Below are positions 40,879-49,631 of a DNA stretch of 64,000 nucleotides, in pieces. Every line of letters starts with the position of its first letter. The first letter of the stretch is position 1. A program made the position numbers and the translations under genes. The notes under the pieces were generated by a model. It was given only the letters and a program-made list of their open reading frames with translations. It was not told the origin of the DNA and did not search any database. Source of the DNA: an uncultured delta proteobacterium (GTDB lineage: Bacteria; Desulfobacterota; Syntrophobacteria; BM002); contig CAVQGX010000055.1 of assembly GCA_963712115.1 (NCBI GenBank), positions 1 to 64,000 on the forward strand. Reading direction: 5' to 3'.

Positions 40879-41069
40879 GGGAGAAGAAAATCGTAAACAA
40901 GATCAGAAATCATGTTATCGACGATAACCTCGGAATTCTCTTTAGGCTGGAACGAGGACAACTCCAGAATGGAATAGCGATGTTCCATAATAGCATAATC
41001 CCCATAGAAAATCACTTAACCCTGAATCACAACTATCTAATATTAAATGACTTTTTAAATACATTCTTC

Positions 41070-41085
41070 TGGCACGATTACTGCT
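41070..41085 (+). promoter_or_regulatory. sigma54 promoter of cooS
   Basis: TGGCAC-GATTA-CTGCT about 100 nt before the ATG. Confidence 0.65.
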
Positions 41086-41184
41086 CTCAAATTATGCTCT
41101 CTCCAATCACAACAAGTGGTTTTAACTTCTCGTTAGCAAGATCCAGGGATCAAAGTTATCTAAATCTTTTAAGGAGAAAAACTT

Positions 41185-43170
41185 ATGGCAGAAGAGGTAA
41201 AGGAGAAGAAGAAAAAAGAATTACCGATCATGGAGGTAACCACCTGCAAGTCAACCCAGCAGATGTTGCGCAAGGCAGCGGAAGACGGTGTAGAGACTGC
41301 CTTTCACCGGGCGGCAGAGATGAAGGCCTGTCCCATTGGGGCGGACTCTGCCTGTTGTAAGAACTGCTCCATGGGACCTTGCCGTCTATCGAGCAAGGAT
41401 CCTTATGCAAAGACGGGCATATGCGGTGCGAGCATAGATGTAATTGCCTCGAGGAATTTTGCCCGGATGGTGGCTACGGGTACTGCGGCCCACACTGATC
41501 ACGGCATGACCATGCTGGATGTATTTCGTGGTGTGGTAAAGGGCGAGATCAAGGACTATCAGATCAAAGACGAGCAGAAGCTTTTCGATGTCGCGGAAGG
41601 ACTTGGGATCGAGACTGCTGGTCGTGAGGTCAAAGAGATAGCCATGGATCTCTATAAGGAGTTGGAGCGGACCTACACCCAGGTTGAGGGCGAGATTCCC
41701 TTTGCCAACCGGGTACCGCCCAAGACTTTGGCCAAGTGGCGCGAGTTGGGCATAGTTCCCCGGGGATCCATGCGTGAGATTATGGAGATCATGCACCGGA
41801 CCCATATGGGAGTGGATCAGGACTACGAGAACATGGTAAAGCAGTGTTCCCGTACTGCCCTTTCAGATGGTTGGGGTGGATCCATGGTGGCCACAGAGAT
41901 TTCTGACATTTTGTTTGGCACACCCTCTCCGGTACTGGCTGGTGTTGACATGGGGTGTTTGGATGAGAAGCAGGTGAACATCATCGTCAATGGTCATGAG
42001 CCCAACATGTTTGAGTCCATGATTGCTTCGGTAAATGATCCCAAGCTGTTGGAAGAAGCCAAGGCAGTGGGAGCCGAGGGTATAAATATTTTGGGTATGT
42101 GTTGTTCTGGTGCTGAGGTATTGGGTCGTCACGGGGTTCCCCATGCGGGCAATTTCATGAGCACCGAGGCGGTTTTGATCACCGGTGCGGTGGATGCCAT
42201 GGCAGTGGATGTGCAGTGTATCATGCCTGCTCTGGCTCCTTTGGCGGATTGTTACGGCACCAGGTTTTTCACCACCAACCCCCGGGCCAAGATGGAGGGA
42301 GCCGAGCACATCGAGTTTGAGGAGCACAAACCTCGAAAGTGCACGGACAAGGTGGTTAAGGAGGCGATCAAGCGGTTTAAGAATCGCAAGGCCAAGATAG
42401 TGATCCCTCAGAACAAGTCTATGGGTATTCACGGTTTCAGCCACGAGTACATCAACTACATGCTTGGTGGCACCTTCAGGGCTTCTTATGTGCCCCTGAA
42501 TGACAACATCATCAACGGCCGGATTCGGGGAGTTGCCGGTGTGGTAGGTTGCACCAACCCCAGGGTGCGGCAGGACTATGTGCATGTTGAGTTGGTTAAA
42601 GAGCTGATCAAAAACGATATTTTGGTGGTACAGACGGGTTGTTCCCAGATAGCTTTGGCCAAGGCCGGGTTGATGAAGCCTGATGCCTCGGTGCTGGCAG
42701 GTGATGGTTTGCAAGAAGTTTGCGAGACCGTTGGTATGCCGCCGGTACTGGGTCTGGGTAGCTGTGTGGACAACAGCCGGATCCTGATTGCTTGTGCTGA
42801 GATGGTGAAGACCGGTGGTTTGGGTGACTCCATAGCAGATCTGCCGGTGGCTGGAGTTGCCCCCGAGTGGTACAGTGAGAAGGCCATAGCCATTGGTCAG
42901 TATGTTGTGGCCTCGGGGATATTTACCGTCTTTGGCGTTACTTTCCCCACCATAGCCGAGACCAAGTTCCACAAGTTGCTCTTTGACGGTTTGGAGAAGC
43001 AGGGTCTGGGCAAGTGGGGTTTTGCCAAAGATCCCTACGAGATGGCCGCCATGATAATCGACCACATTGATAAGAAGCGTGAGGCTCTGGGCATTATGGG
43101 TGAGCGCGAGCGCGTGCTTATGGATATGGCGGATCGTCAGGCTCTGGAAGTTGAAGCGGGCGAAGAGTAA
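41185..43170 (+). CDS. cooS: Anaerobic Ni-CO dehydrogenase catalytic subunit
   Basis: CPIG....CCKNCSMGPC, GHEP, MCCSG, DVQC, VVGC, TGCS, GSCVDN. Confidence 0.95.
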   Translation: MAEEVKEKKKKELPIMEVTTCKSTQQMLRKAAEDGVETAFHRAAEMKACPIGADSACCKNCSMGPCRLSSKDPYAKTGICGASIDVIASRNFARMVATGTAAHTDHGMTMLDVFRGVVKGEIKDYQIKDEQKLFDVAEGLGIETAGREVKEIAMDLYKELERTYTQVEGEIPFANRVPPKTLAKWRELGIVPRGSMREIMEIMHRTHMGVDQDYENMVKQCSRTALSDGWGGSMVATEISDILFGTPSPVLAGVDMGCLDEKQVNIIVNGHEPNMFESMIASVNDPKLLEEAKAVGAEGINILGMCCSGAEVLGRHGVPHAGNFMSTEAVLITGAVDAMAVDVQCIMPALAPLADCYGTRFFTTNPRAKMEGAEHIEFEEHKPRKCTDKVVKEAIKRFKNRKAKIVIPQNKSMGIHGFSHEYINYMLGGTFRASYVPLNDNIINGRIRGVAGVVGCTNPRVRQDYVHVELVKELIKNDILVVQTGCSQIALAKAGLMKPDASVLAGDGLQEVCETVGMPPVLGLGSCVDNSRILIACAEMVKTGGLGDSIADLPVAGVAPEWYSEKAIAIGQYVVASGIFTVFGVTFPTIAETKFHKLLFDGLEKQGLGKWGFAKDPYEMAAMIIDHIDKKREALGIMGERERVLMDMADRQALEVEAGEE

Positions 43171-43198
43171 GAATCCTAAAATAGTTAAAGTGATTCAA

Positions 43199-43238
43199 TA
43201 AAAAACCCGGCAGGGTAGGGACCCTGTCGGGTTTTTTT
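43199..43238. terminator. Bidirectional intrinsic terminator
   Basis: AAAAAACCCGGCAGGGT...ACCCTGTCGGGTTTTTTT between convergent genes. Confidence 0.85.
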
Positions 43239-43421
43239 AGTGTTCAGGTGTCAGTGTTCAGTGTTCAGTTTCAGGTTTCAGCTATTGTGTTTCTTCTTCC
43301 TGACACCTGAAACCTGAGACCCTATGCTCTTACCTATTACAACAAATGACAGCGCAGCGTAGTGACTTAATGACGGCGAAGCCAAATGACAAATGATAAA
43401 TTACCAGCACCATGCCCCATG

Positions 43422-44402
43422 CTAATGCTCGGACCAGTTCGAGATTTCCTCGTCATAGAATTGTTGGCAGTAATGGATGAATTCCTTGCGGCCTCGAGAG
43501 GAAACGTAAGCGTACAAATTCTGCACGAATTTTCTCGGCAATTTTACCTTTGTCTCTGAAAACACCGATTCTTGGTTCTTAAGAATTTTCCAGTACTCTA
43601 TCCCCGAGCAAAGGATAAAGCGAATAAAGTAATCGTATGAGTCATTCCCAGGAGGCAGGAGTTTGAAGTATTCAATTGCTCGCGGTATATCGTTTTTCAG
43701 AACATCTAAGCACATCCTGTTCAATATCTTTACCTTGTCTTTTTCTTTTTCGAAATAGCTCTGGGGCCAGAAGGATCTTTTCTTGGTGATCTTATCTTCT
43801 TCGTAATCTCTTATTATATTGAGTTTCTGTTGGAACAGACCGAAAGAAACACTATTAGTTGCAAGTTTTTCGAAGATTTTGTCCGTAATATTGCTGCCCT
43901 TCAACTTCAGGAGGTGGGTCAGATATAGACCTACGGTACCGGCCACATAGTAGCAGTACTCATTGAGGTCAGCGCTAGTGTTAATGGGTTTTTTCAAAAA
44001 AGCGCACATGCCTTGGGCCATCTCGCCGGTCCATTTCCGTGCCAGCCCCTTCTCTTCGCTGGACAAGGTGCTGTAAAGACTTATGGTGGCCTGGTAATTC
44101 TTGAAAACAAAGGCCTCCTCTAGTGGGGTAACCTCGAGCATACGCTCTTGCACTTCGGGGGAGAAACCATCTCGCTCCAAGTAGTGGCTAAAAGTGGCAA
44201 TTAAATGAATTTTTTCGTCTGCTTCTAGACCTGTTGCGTCTTCAATAGTATCAATCGTCTTGTTCAGGTTATATTCAACCATTATGGGGGTTCTAAAGCG
44301 TTCATCAAGGTTCAGAATGGGGATAGAAAAACTGCGGGATTGATTTATGAGTGATTCCTCATTGGACTTTATCCACTCTTGCTTAACAGGGCTATCTACC
44401 AC
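43422..44402 (-). CDS. Squalene/phytoene synthase family protein
   Basis: SRSF, DTIED, YCYYVAGTVG, QKLNIIRDYEED. Confidence 0.8.
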   Translation of the reverse strand: MVDSPVKQEWIKSNEESLINQSRSFSIPILNLDERFRTPIMVEYNLNKTIDTIEDATGLEADEKIHLIATFSHYLERDGFSPEVQERMLEVTPLEEAFVFKNYQATISLYSTLSSEEKGLARKWTGEMAQGMCAFLKKPINTSADLNEYCYYVAGTVGLYLTHLLKLKGSNITDKIFEKLATNSVSFGLFQQKLNIIRDYEEDKITKKRSFWPQSYFEKEKDKVKILNRMCLDVLKNDIPRAIEYFKLLPPGNDSYDYFIRFILCSGIEYWKILKNQESVFSETKVKLPRKFVQNLYAYVSSRGRKEFIHYCQQFYDEEISNWSEH

Positions 44403-44451
44403 GTAGATCCTTTCCCTTAAAGACCATAAAACAATTTCAGCGATTAAAGGT

Positions 44452-45594
44452 TCATGGGTGAGTATATTCGCTCAAATGAATCTCCTGCAATCTTAACCGG
44501 AATTCCTGCTCCGACACACTACTATTCCAGTGTCCTGTAATGCTGGCAGCGTAAACCAACCCCAGATACAACACGACTATGACAGCGCCTAATCTGGCAA
44601 CAGACCAACCCTTCTTCGACATACCTACGGTTCTTAGCTCCAGGGTATTCCTAACTGGACAGACCAGGGTGCAATCCATGCAGCCGTTGCATTCAGGACT
44701 TATTATTCGGAGCTTTCGATCAACAGTCAAATGGTAAGGGCACACCTCCGAACAGAGCTTGCAATCAATGCAGGTCTCGGGATTCCGCTGGACTCGCGTG
44801 GGACTGAAAAGGGAAAACAACCCCATCAATGCCCCGTAAGGACAAAGGTACCTGCACCAAAAATTGCGAACCACAAGGGAGACAAGAGCCAAAGTAATCA
44901 GAACCACAGCCGTGATAGTAGACATCTGGGTGAAGAAAAATAGCATCTTTACATCGGACATTTTGTAATAAGGACCCTGGAGAAATGCGAGAATGGCAAG
45001 GCGACTCATTGAAAAAATCGTCCACACAAAGAATGCCAGAAGTAAATATTTCAAAGTACGCAAGGGAAAGTCCAGCCACGGCGGCAATTTGTAATTTCTC
45101 CCGAAAAGTTTTCTGCCTGACTTCCACAACCATTCAGATAAAGTTCCAACTGGACAAAACCATCCACAAAATGACTTCCTCAGTCCAAGGGAGATTGCTG
45201 CTGCAAAGCCGAGAATAACCATAGCCGCAGGATGGACGGGATCCCATTTGCCAGTCAGCAGAAATAACTTCCAGCCCATGAGTGCTCCAATGGGAAGAAA
45301 TCCCTCCACACCGGCTGGCCTTGATATGGTGATGGCACCCTGGCCCGCTGCTTGGTGAACATAAATGAAAAAGTGGATTCCTATTCCAACCGTAAGCAGA
45401 AACACAGCCAGTTGGACGTAGTTCCGTAAACCCCACGAATAGGGTCTTGTTTTGTGGTCTAGTTTTCTAATGGACCTCGAAACCTGTTTTTGCTCTTTTT
45501 TTTCTTCTGCAGATTGAGGTGCCCCTTGTCCTGCAGCGATGAGTGATTTCACCTGATGGATGGGCTGATGAAACTGTCCTTTGTCCTGATACAT
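44452..45594 (-). CDS. Membrane 4Fe-4S binding protein (NapH/YccM-like)
   Basis: FCGWFCPVG, WCRYLCPYG, two CxxCxxCxxxCP motifs. Confidence 0.85.
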   Translation of the reverse strand: MYQDKGQFHQPIHQVKSLIAAGQGAPQSAEEKKEQKQVSRSIRKLDHKTRPYSWGLRNYVQLAVFLLTVGIGIHFFIYVHQAAGQGAITISRPAGVEGFLPIGALMGWKLFLLTGKWDPVHPAAMVILGFAAAISLGLRKSFCGWFCPVGTLSEWLWKSGRKLFGRNYKLPPWLDFPLRTLKYLLLAFFVWTIFSMSRLAILAFLQGPYYKMSDVKMLFFFTQMSTITAVVLITLALVSLVVRNFWCRYLCPYGALMGLFSLFSPTRVQRNPETCIDCKLCSEVCPYHLTVDRKLRIISPECNGCMDCTLVCPVRNTLELRTVGMSKKGWSVARLGAVIVVLYLGLVYAASITGHWNSSVSEQEFRLRLQEIHLSEYTHP

Positions 45595-45632
45595 TATCAC
45601 CTTTCTTCAAGTGACCGGCCGCATTTTTATGC

Positions 45633-45956
45633 CTATATGGGAGGGGCAATGGTCACCAGAACACGCATATTGGTTTTAGCTTTCAAGCCGTGCGGCTCGG
45701 CGATTTCAGAGATCAAAATATCCCCAGGCTCAGCCGGAAGGGTTTCATCGTCTCCAGCCAAAAACTCTCCTTTTCCTTCGAGCACAGTAATGCTCACTTC
45801 TCCTTCAATGTCGTGGGAGTGAAGGGGTAACTCCTGGCCGGCTTTGAAGTTAAAGTTTAAGATCTTGAAGTAAGGAGAATCATGGACGAGCAGACGACTC
45901 AGTCCGCTTTCTTTGAAACTGTTTTCCTTGTACATGCTTACCTTCTTCATGTGCAT
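45633..45956 (-). CDS. Cupin domain protein
   Basis: LPLHSH...E...VLEGKG, EPHGL. Confidence 0.85.
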   Translation of the reverse strand: MHMKKVSMYKENSFKESGLSRLLVHDSPYFKILNFNFKAGQELPLHSHDIEGEVSITVLEGKGEFLAGDDETLPAEPGDILISEIAEPHGLKAKTNMRVLVTIAPPI

Positions 45957-46037
45957 CTAACCTCCCTATTTCCAGTGATTGGTCAAATTTTCCTCGTCAA
46001 TGTTCTTTCTATTTAACCTGAGTGAAATGTTTATCCA

Positions 46038-46051
46038 TTGACCTAGGTCAA
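46038..46051. promoter_or_regulatory. Second Crp/Fnr-family (HcpR-like) operator
   Basis: Perfect palindrome TTGAC-CTAG-GTCAA about 80 nt upstream of the cupin gene. Confidence 0.7.
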
Positions 46052-46205
46052 GAAAATAGCAAAAACCCTATTGAAGCTCAAGGAAGCTTGCTGCAGGTGG
46101 CTCCAGTTTGGTAAATTGAAAGAGTATTCTTTTCCGGACTTTTTTCCACCTCTACTGGTGAAGGTTGACTCACCTGTGGTGATGACCTGAGCAGGAAGGC
46201 ACATT

Positions 46206-47687
46206 TTGACCTCCCCCATACAACCAGGAATGATCTCGAGCAAAGAAGTGATGGCACGTACGGGCATCTCCAGGGCCACACTCAATAATTATATCGGTTT
46301 AGATCTCATTCCGCCCCCATCAGTTAGGCCGCCAGAGGAGCCGGGGGGGCCCACCAAAATCGGCTACTTCCCTGAGTGGGTTGTGGAAAGAATAGAGAAA
46401 ATTCACCAGCTCAAAGGTCAAGGTATGCGAATGTCCCAAATTGCCATGCACTTTATGGATGAGAAAAAAGAGCCCACGGAAGCCGCAGCTCAACCACTGA
46501 TGTATCAATGGATTGACCAGATCATATTTCCCGCCATTCTTGTCAGTCGGAGTTGGGAGATCATCGGCCTGAACAACATGGCTGAGAAACTCCTTCTTGG
46601 AGAGAGGAGGAGAGGGCTCCAATCTTTTGTAAAACAAGGATTTCTGGACCCCACTTTGATCAGGGAATTGAAAGATCGTTTTGCCAACTGGAGAGAAATT
46701 CTCATACCCCATATTCGCTTGGCCAAAAAAGATCTGGGAGCAGAGATTCTTCAACCTTTACACCGCGAGGAAGACTCCCAGCTGCTAAACCAGCTCAGAC
46801 AGTTGTGGAATGAAGCAGAGTTGCCGCAATATCTGCCATTTGGCCATCAAACACTGTCACTGAAATATCACCATGGGGGAGCTGAGCAATATACGCTCCT
46901 TTCGTGGGCGCTGCCAGAAGGGACACTCTTGCTTTATGCACCGGCTAGCATGCAATTGGATCAGATGATCGATTTACTCACAGGAAGGGCGAAGATATCA
47001 ATACCTGCGCTTTTGCGAGAAGCTCCCTCTGCTAAACCCTTGTGTATTCTTGCCGCCCGTCTTGACTCTGAGCTTCATTTGCGCACAGCTCTTCCCCCGT
47101 CCGCATACCTCGATTTGATCAATCAGATCATCCTTGGTTGGCACCGGTGCTTTAGAGACCACGGCGCAACACCCGGCCGATCCTACCAAGAAGGTGCTGT
47201 TTGTTTTTTTCTCGAAGAGCCAGGCAGGGAAGATGACCATCTATTTCAGTCCTTGTTGTGTGCCAAGGCTTTGAACAGTATGGTAAGGAGGATCGACCGG
47301 GAGTGGAAAAGCAAACAACCATGGAACAACACCCTGAGGGTCAACATAGGTATCCACTGTGGACGTGACTGGTTGGGAATGGTGCCGTCGCCGTCGGCAT
47401 TTGAGTTCACTGTGGTGGGAGACACCTTGGTTGAAGCAGTAAAGCTCAGTGAATTTTCTCAAGGGGGGGCTATCTGGGCCAGTAAAGAAGTGATTGAAAA
47501 TCTCTCGCCCTCCAACCGAGAGCGAGTGGAATTTGGCATTAGGCTTAGGCTTTATGAGGAAGGATTTGTCAGCCCCGGCCTCTACTCGCCGGTGGCAGAG
47601 CTGCTTAGTCAGGACGAATTGAAAGGGAAAAGACTTCAAAGCATAGGAGGCCTAACGGTCACCGAAGTCCTAGATGTCCTCACCTGA
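46206..47687 (+). CDS. MerR/AlpA-like HTH fused to a PAS-like region and a degenerate class III nucleotide cyclase domain
   Basis: EVMARTGISRATLNNY; LRVNIGIHCG, FTVVGDT. Confidence 0.7.
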   Translation: MTSPIQPGMISSKEVMARTGISRATLNNYIGLDLIPPPSVRPPEEPGGPTKIGYFPEWVVERIEKIHQLKGQGMRMSQIAMHFMDEKKEPTEAAAQPLMYQWIDQIIFPAILVSRSWEIIGLNNMAEKLLLGERRRGLQSFVKQGFLDPTLIRELKDRFANWREILIPHIRLAKKDLGAEILQPLHREEDSQLLNQLRQLWNEAELPQYLPFGHQTLSLKYHHGGAEQYTLLSWALPEGTLLLYAPASMQLDQMIDLLTGRAKISIPALLREAPSAKPLCILAARLDSELHLRTALPPSAYLDLINQIILGWHRCFRDHGATPGRSYQEGAVCFFLEEPGREDDHLFQSLLCAKALNSMVRRIDREWKSKQPWNNTLRVNIGIHCGRDWLGMVPSPSAFEFTVVGDTLVEAVKLSEFSQGGAIWASKEVIENLSPSNRERVEFGIRLRLYEEGFVSPGLYSPVAELLSQDELKGKRLQSIGGLTVTEVLDVLT

Positions 47688-47739
47688 AGCCTAAACCTTT
47701 TGATCTGGCAGTTTCATCCCGGCCCCGCGCAGATCTTCC

Positions 47740-48033
47740 TCACTCGTCTTCTTCGGCTGGAGCTTCTTCTTCCTCTTCATCCCCTTCCCTCGGGGCTTCC
47801 ACCTCTTTCTCCTCTACGACGGCAGGTTCACCCTCCTCGCCGGTTTCCAGAACACCAAGTACTCCCTGAAGCTCATCCACGGCTTCTTGCAATAGAGTCT
47901 CGGCGCCCTGAAACCAGATCAGGTTGGGGTTGGACCTCTCAGTGTGAATTATTCCAGTACAGGAATCCCTCAACACGTACAGTTTGGCCACTATGCCTTC
48001 CACCCTGTCGTAGACTTCACCATGGCTGGCCAT
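47740..48033 (-). CDS. Small helical protein, paralog 3 (with acidic tail)
   Basis: TGATG coupling, GAGGAGG RBS, clear similarity to its two neighbours. Confidence 0.8.
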   Translation of the reverse strand: MASHGEVYDRVEGIVAKLYVLRDSCTGIIHTERSNPNLIWFQGAETLLQEAVDELQGVLGVLETGEEGEPAVVEEKEVEAPREGDEEEEEAPAEEDE

Positions 48034-48233
48034 CAACTACCCTCCTCCAGAGCTAGAAGAGCCTTTTGGAGTTCATCCACTCCTTCCTTCAACATGGCCT
48101 CGGCGCCCTGAAACCAGATCAAATTGGGATTAGGCCCTTCCTTATGGATTACGCCTGCGCAGGAATCTTTTAAGACGTAGAGTTTTGCCAGGATACTTTC
48201 CACCTTGTCATATACTTCACCATGGTTGCTCAT
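48033..48233 (-). CDS. Small helical protein, paralog 2 (66 aa)
   Basis: TAATG coupling, GAGGAGG RBS. Confidence 0.8.
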   Translation of the reverse strand: MSNHGEVYDKVESILAKLYVLKDSCAGVIHKEGPNPNLIWFQGAEAMLKEGVDELQKALLALEEGS

Positions 48234-48433
48234 TAACTACCCTCCTCTAGAGAGCGGAGTGCCGTTTGCAGCTCATCCACCGCCTCTTTCAAAATAGTCT
48301 CAGCACCGTGAAACCAGATCAGGTTGGAAGTTGAATCTCCCTTATGTATAACACCTGTACAAGAATCCCTCAATACAAAGAGTTTTGCCAAAATGGTCTC
48401 CACCTTGTCATATACTCCACCATTACCAGCCAT
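48233..48433 (-). CDS. Small helical protein, paralog 1 (66 aa)
   Basis: AGGAGGT RBS before ATG 48433. Confidence 0.8.
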   Translation of the reverse strand: MAGNGGVYDKVETILAKLFVLRDSCTGVIHKGDSTSNLIWFHGAETILKEAVDELQTALRSLEEGS

Positions 48434-48495
48434 TTTTTCACCTCCTGGGTTTTTACCGTTAGACGGTAATCGTTGACGCCATTGACTTAACCATT

Positions 48496-48885
48496 TCATT
48501 TCAGTCGCTCAGCAAGTTCCACAGCTTCCTCAACCAACTTTTGAAGCTGAACCAACTCGAAGGGCTTAACTATGAGAAAATCAATATTGGAATCTCCAAA
48601 TCTTTTCTCATAGAACTCAATAGCTAAAGTTGCCATCATTGCTATTGGTGTCATTTGATCTATCTCTGCCAGCTCATCGACGAATTTTCTAACATCAAGG
48701 TCCGGCAGATTCTGATCGAAAATTACCAGGTCATACTTGCGGTTAGAAAATTCTGTGAGACAGTCATGCTCGTTACTAACGGCTGTGACCTCAAAGCCGA
48801 GGTTTGTGAGCATCTCTTCGACTAGTTCTCTTTCAGTTGTGTGTTTGTCCCATAACAATATTTCTGTTTTTTTGGCATCTCGCAA
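48496..48885 (-). CDS. Atypical single-domain response regulator
   Basis: YDLVIFDQNLP and VKPF present; acidic pocket degenerate (LLWDKH). Confidence 0.8.
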   Translation of the reverse strand: MRDAKKTEILLWDKHTTERELVEEMLTNLGFEVTAVSNEHDCLTEFSNRKYDLVIFDQNLPDLDVRKFVDELAEIDQMTPIAMMATLAIEFYEKRFGDSNIDFLIVKPFELVQLQKLVEEAVELAERLK

Positions 48886-48915
48886 AGTAGTATCTCTTCC
48901 TGATGCGTTCCGGGC

Positions 48916-49335
48916 TTAGTCAAGCTTCTTAACCTTTCGCAGTCCTATGTCTAGCAAAACAAGGCCATCTAAATCCACTGTCTTATAATGGCGAAGGCTT
49001 CTCAAGTCCTGTAATGTCATGCTCAGGGATTGCAATTGTTCCTTGATTATTTCCAGTTTTTTCCTGGTGGTCTGATCTTCTGCCCTGGACAACAATAGAT
49101 CGACGTGTCCAATTACTATTGTTAGTGGTTGACTGAAGAGATGTGCCACCGTGGCTGCTGCGGTTAGGGCCCCTTGCAGTCTCTCCTCTTCGACCTTTCC
49201 CCAGCCACCCCGTCTATCCTTAATACTTCTTCTCTCAGCACCACTACGCCTGTCCCTTCGAGAGCGCCTATCAGTATCGCTCCTCCTGTCCTTTCCCTTA
49301 CGCCGATCGCCGTAGGTTTCAAATTCATCTGCCAT
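48916..49335 (-). CDS. DRR-repeat protein with HisKA-like dimerisation helix, no ATPase domain
   Basis: Six (D/E)RRxxx repeats followed by AATVAHLFSQPLT. Confidence 0.7.
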   Translation of the reverse strand: MADEFETYGDRRKGKDRRSDTDRRSRRDRRSGAERRSIKDRRGGWGKVEEERLQGALTAAATVAHLFSQPLTIVIGHVDLLLSRAEDQTTRKKLEIIKEQLQSLSMTLQDLRSLRHYKTVDLDGLVLLDIGLRKVKKLD

Positions 49336-49367
49336 CAGACCACCTTGAGTATATTCCCACCGGTTAC

Positions 49368-49383
49368 AGCAGAATATGTGCCA
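49368..49383 (-). promoter_or_regulatory. sigma54 promoter
   Basis: TGGCAC-ATATT-CTGCT about 33 nt upstream of the 49335 start. Confidence 0.65.
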
Positions 49384-49631
49384 AACTCAAGGCAGCAACT
49401 AAGAGGAGGAGAGGCAGAGGGTGTGCAAACCAATCTTTTATCATATTATCAGATAGTTAATTGCTGAAAGGAAAGAAGTTCTTGGAGATGTGGGAGCGTA
49501 AGGTTAAACAGAGAGGAAAAATCAATATTATCTGAAAAAACCTTGGATTGGGTGTGGTCTAGGGTAAATGATTGATATCCAACATAGTTATGTTCATGGG
49601 TTGAACCGAAGCTTGAAGGTGCAACGATTAT

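Noticed and set aside
41863-43065. Long antisense ORFs (also 34544-35578, 25950-26894, 22817-23680, 50600-51403)
   Set aside because: Shadows of well-supported genes on the opposite strand, with no recognisable motifs.
47740-48433. Triplicated small proteins as gas vesicle GvpA or WXG100 proteins
   Set aside because: Only a loose ILxK resemblance to GvpA, without its beta-hairpin motif. The motif is WFxG rather than WxG, the core is 66 aa, and no gvp or type VII secretion genes are nearby.
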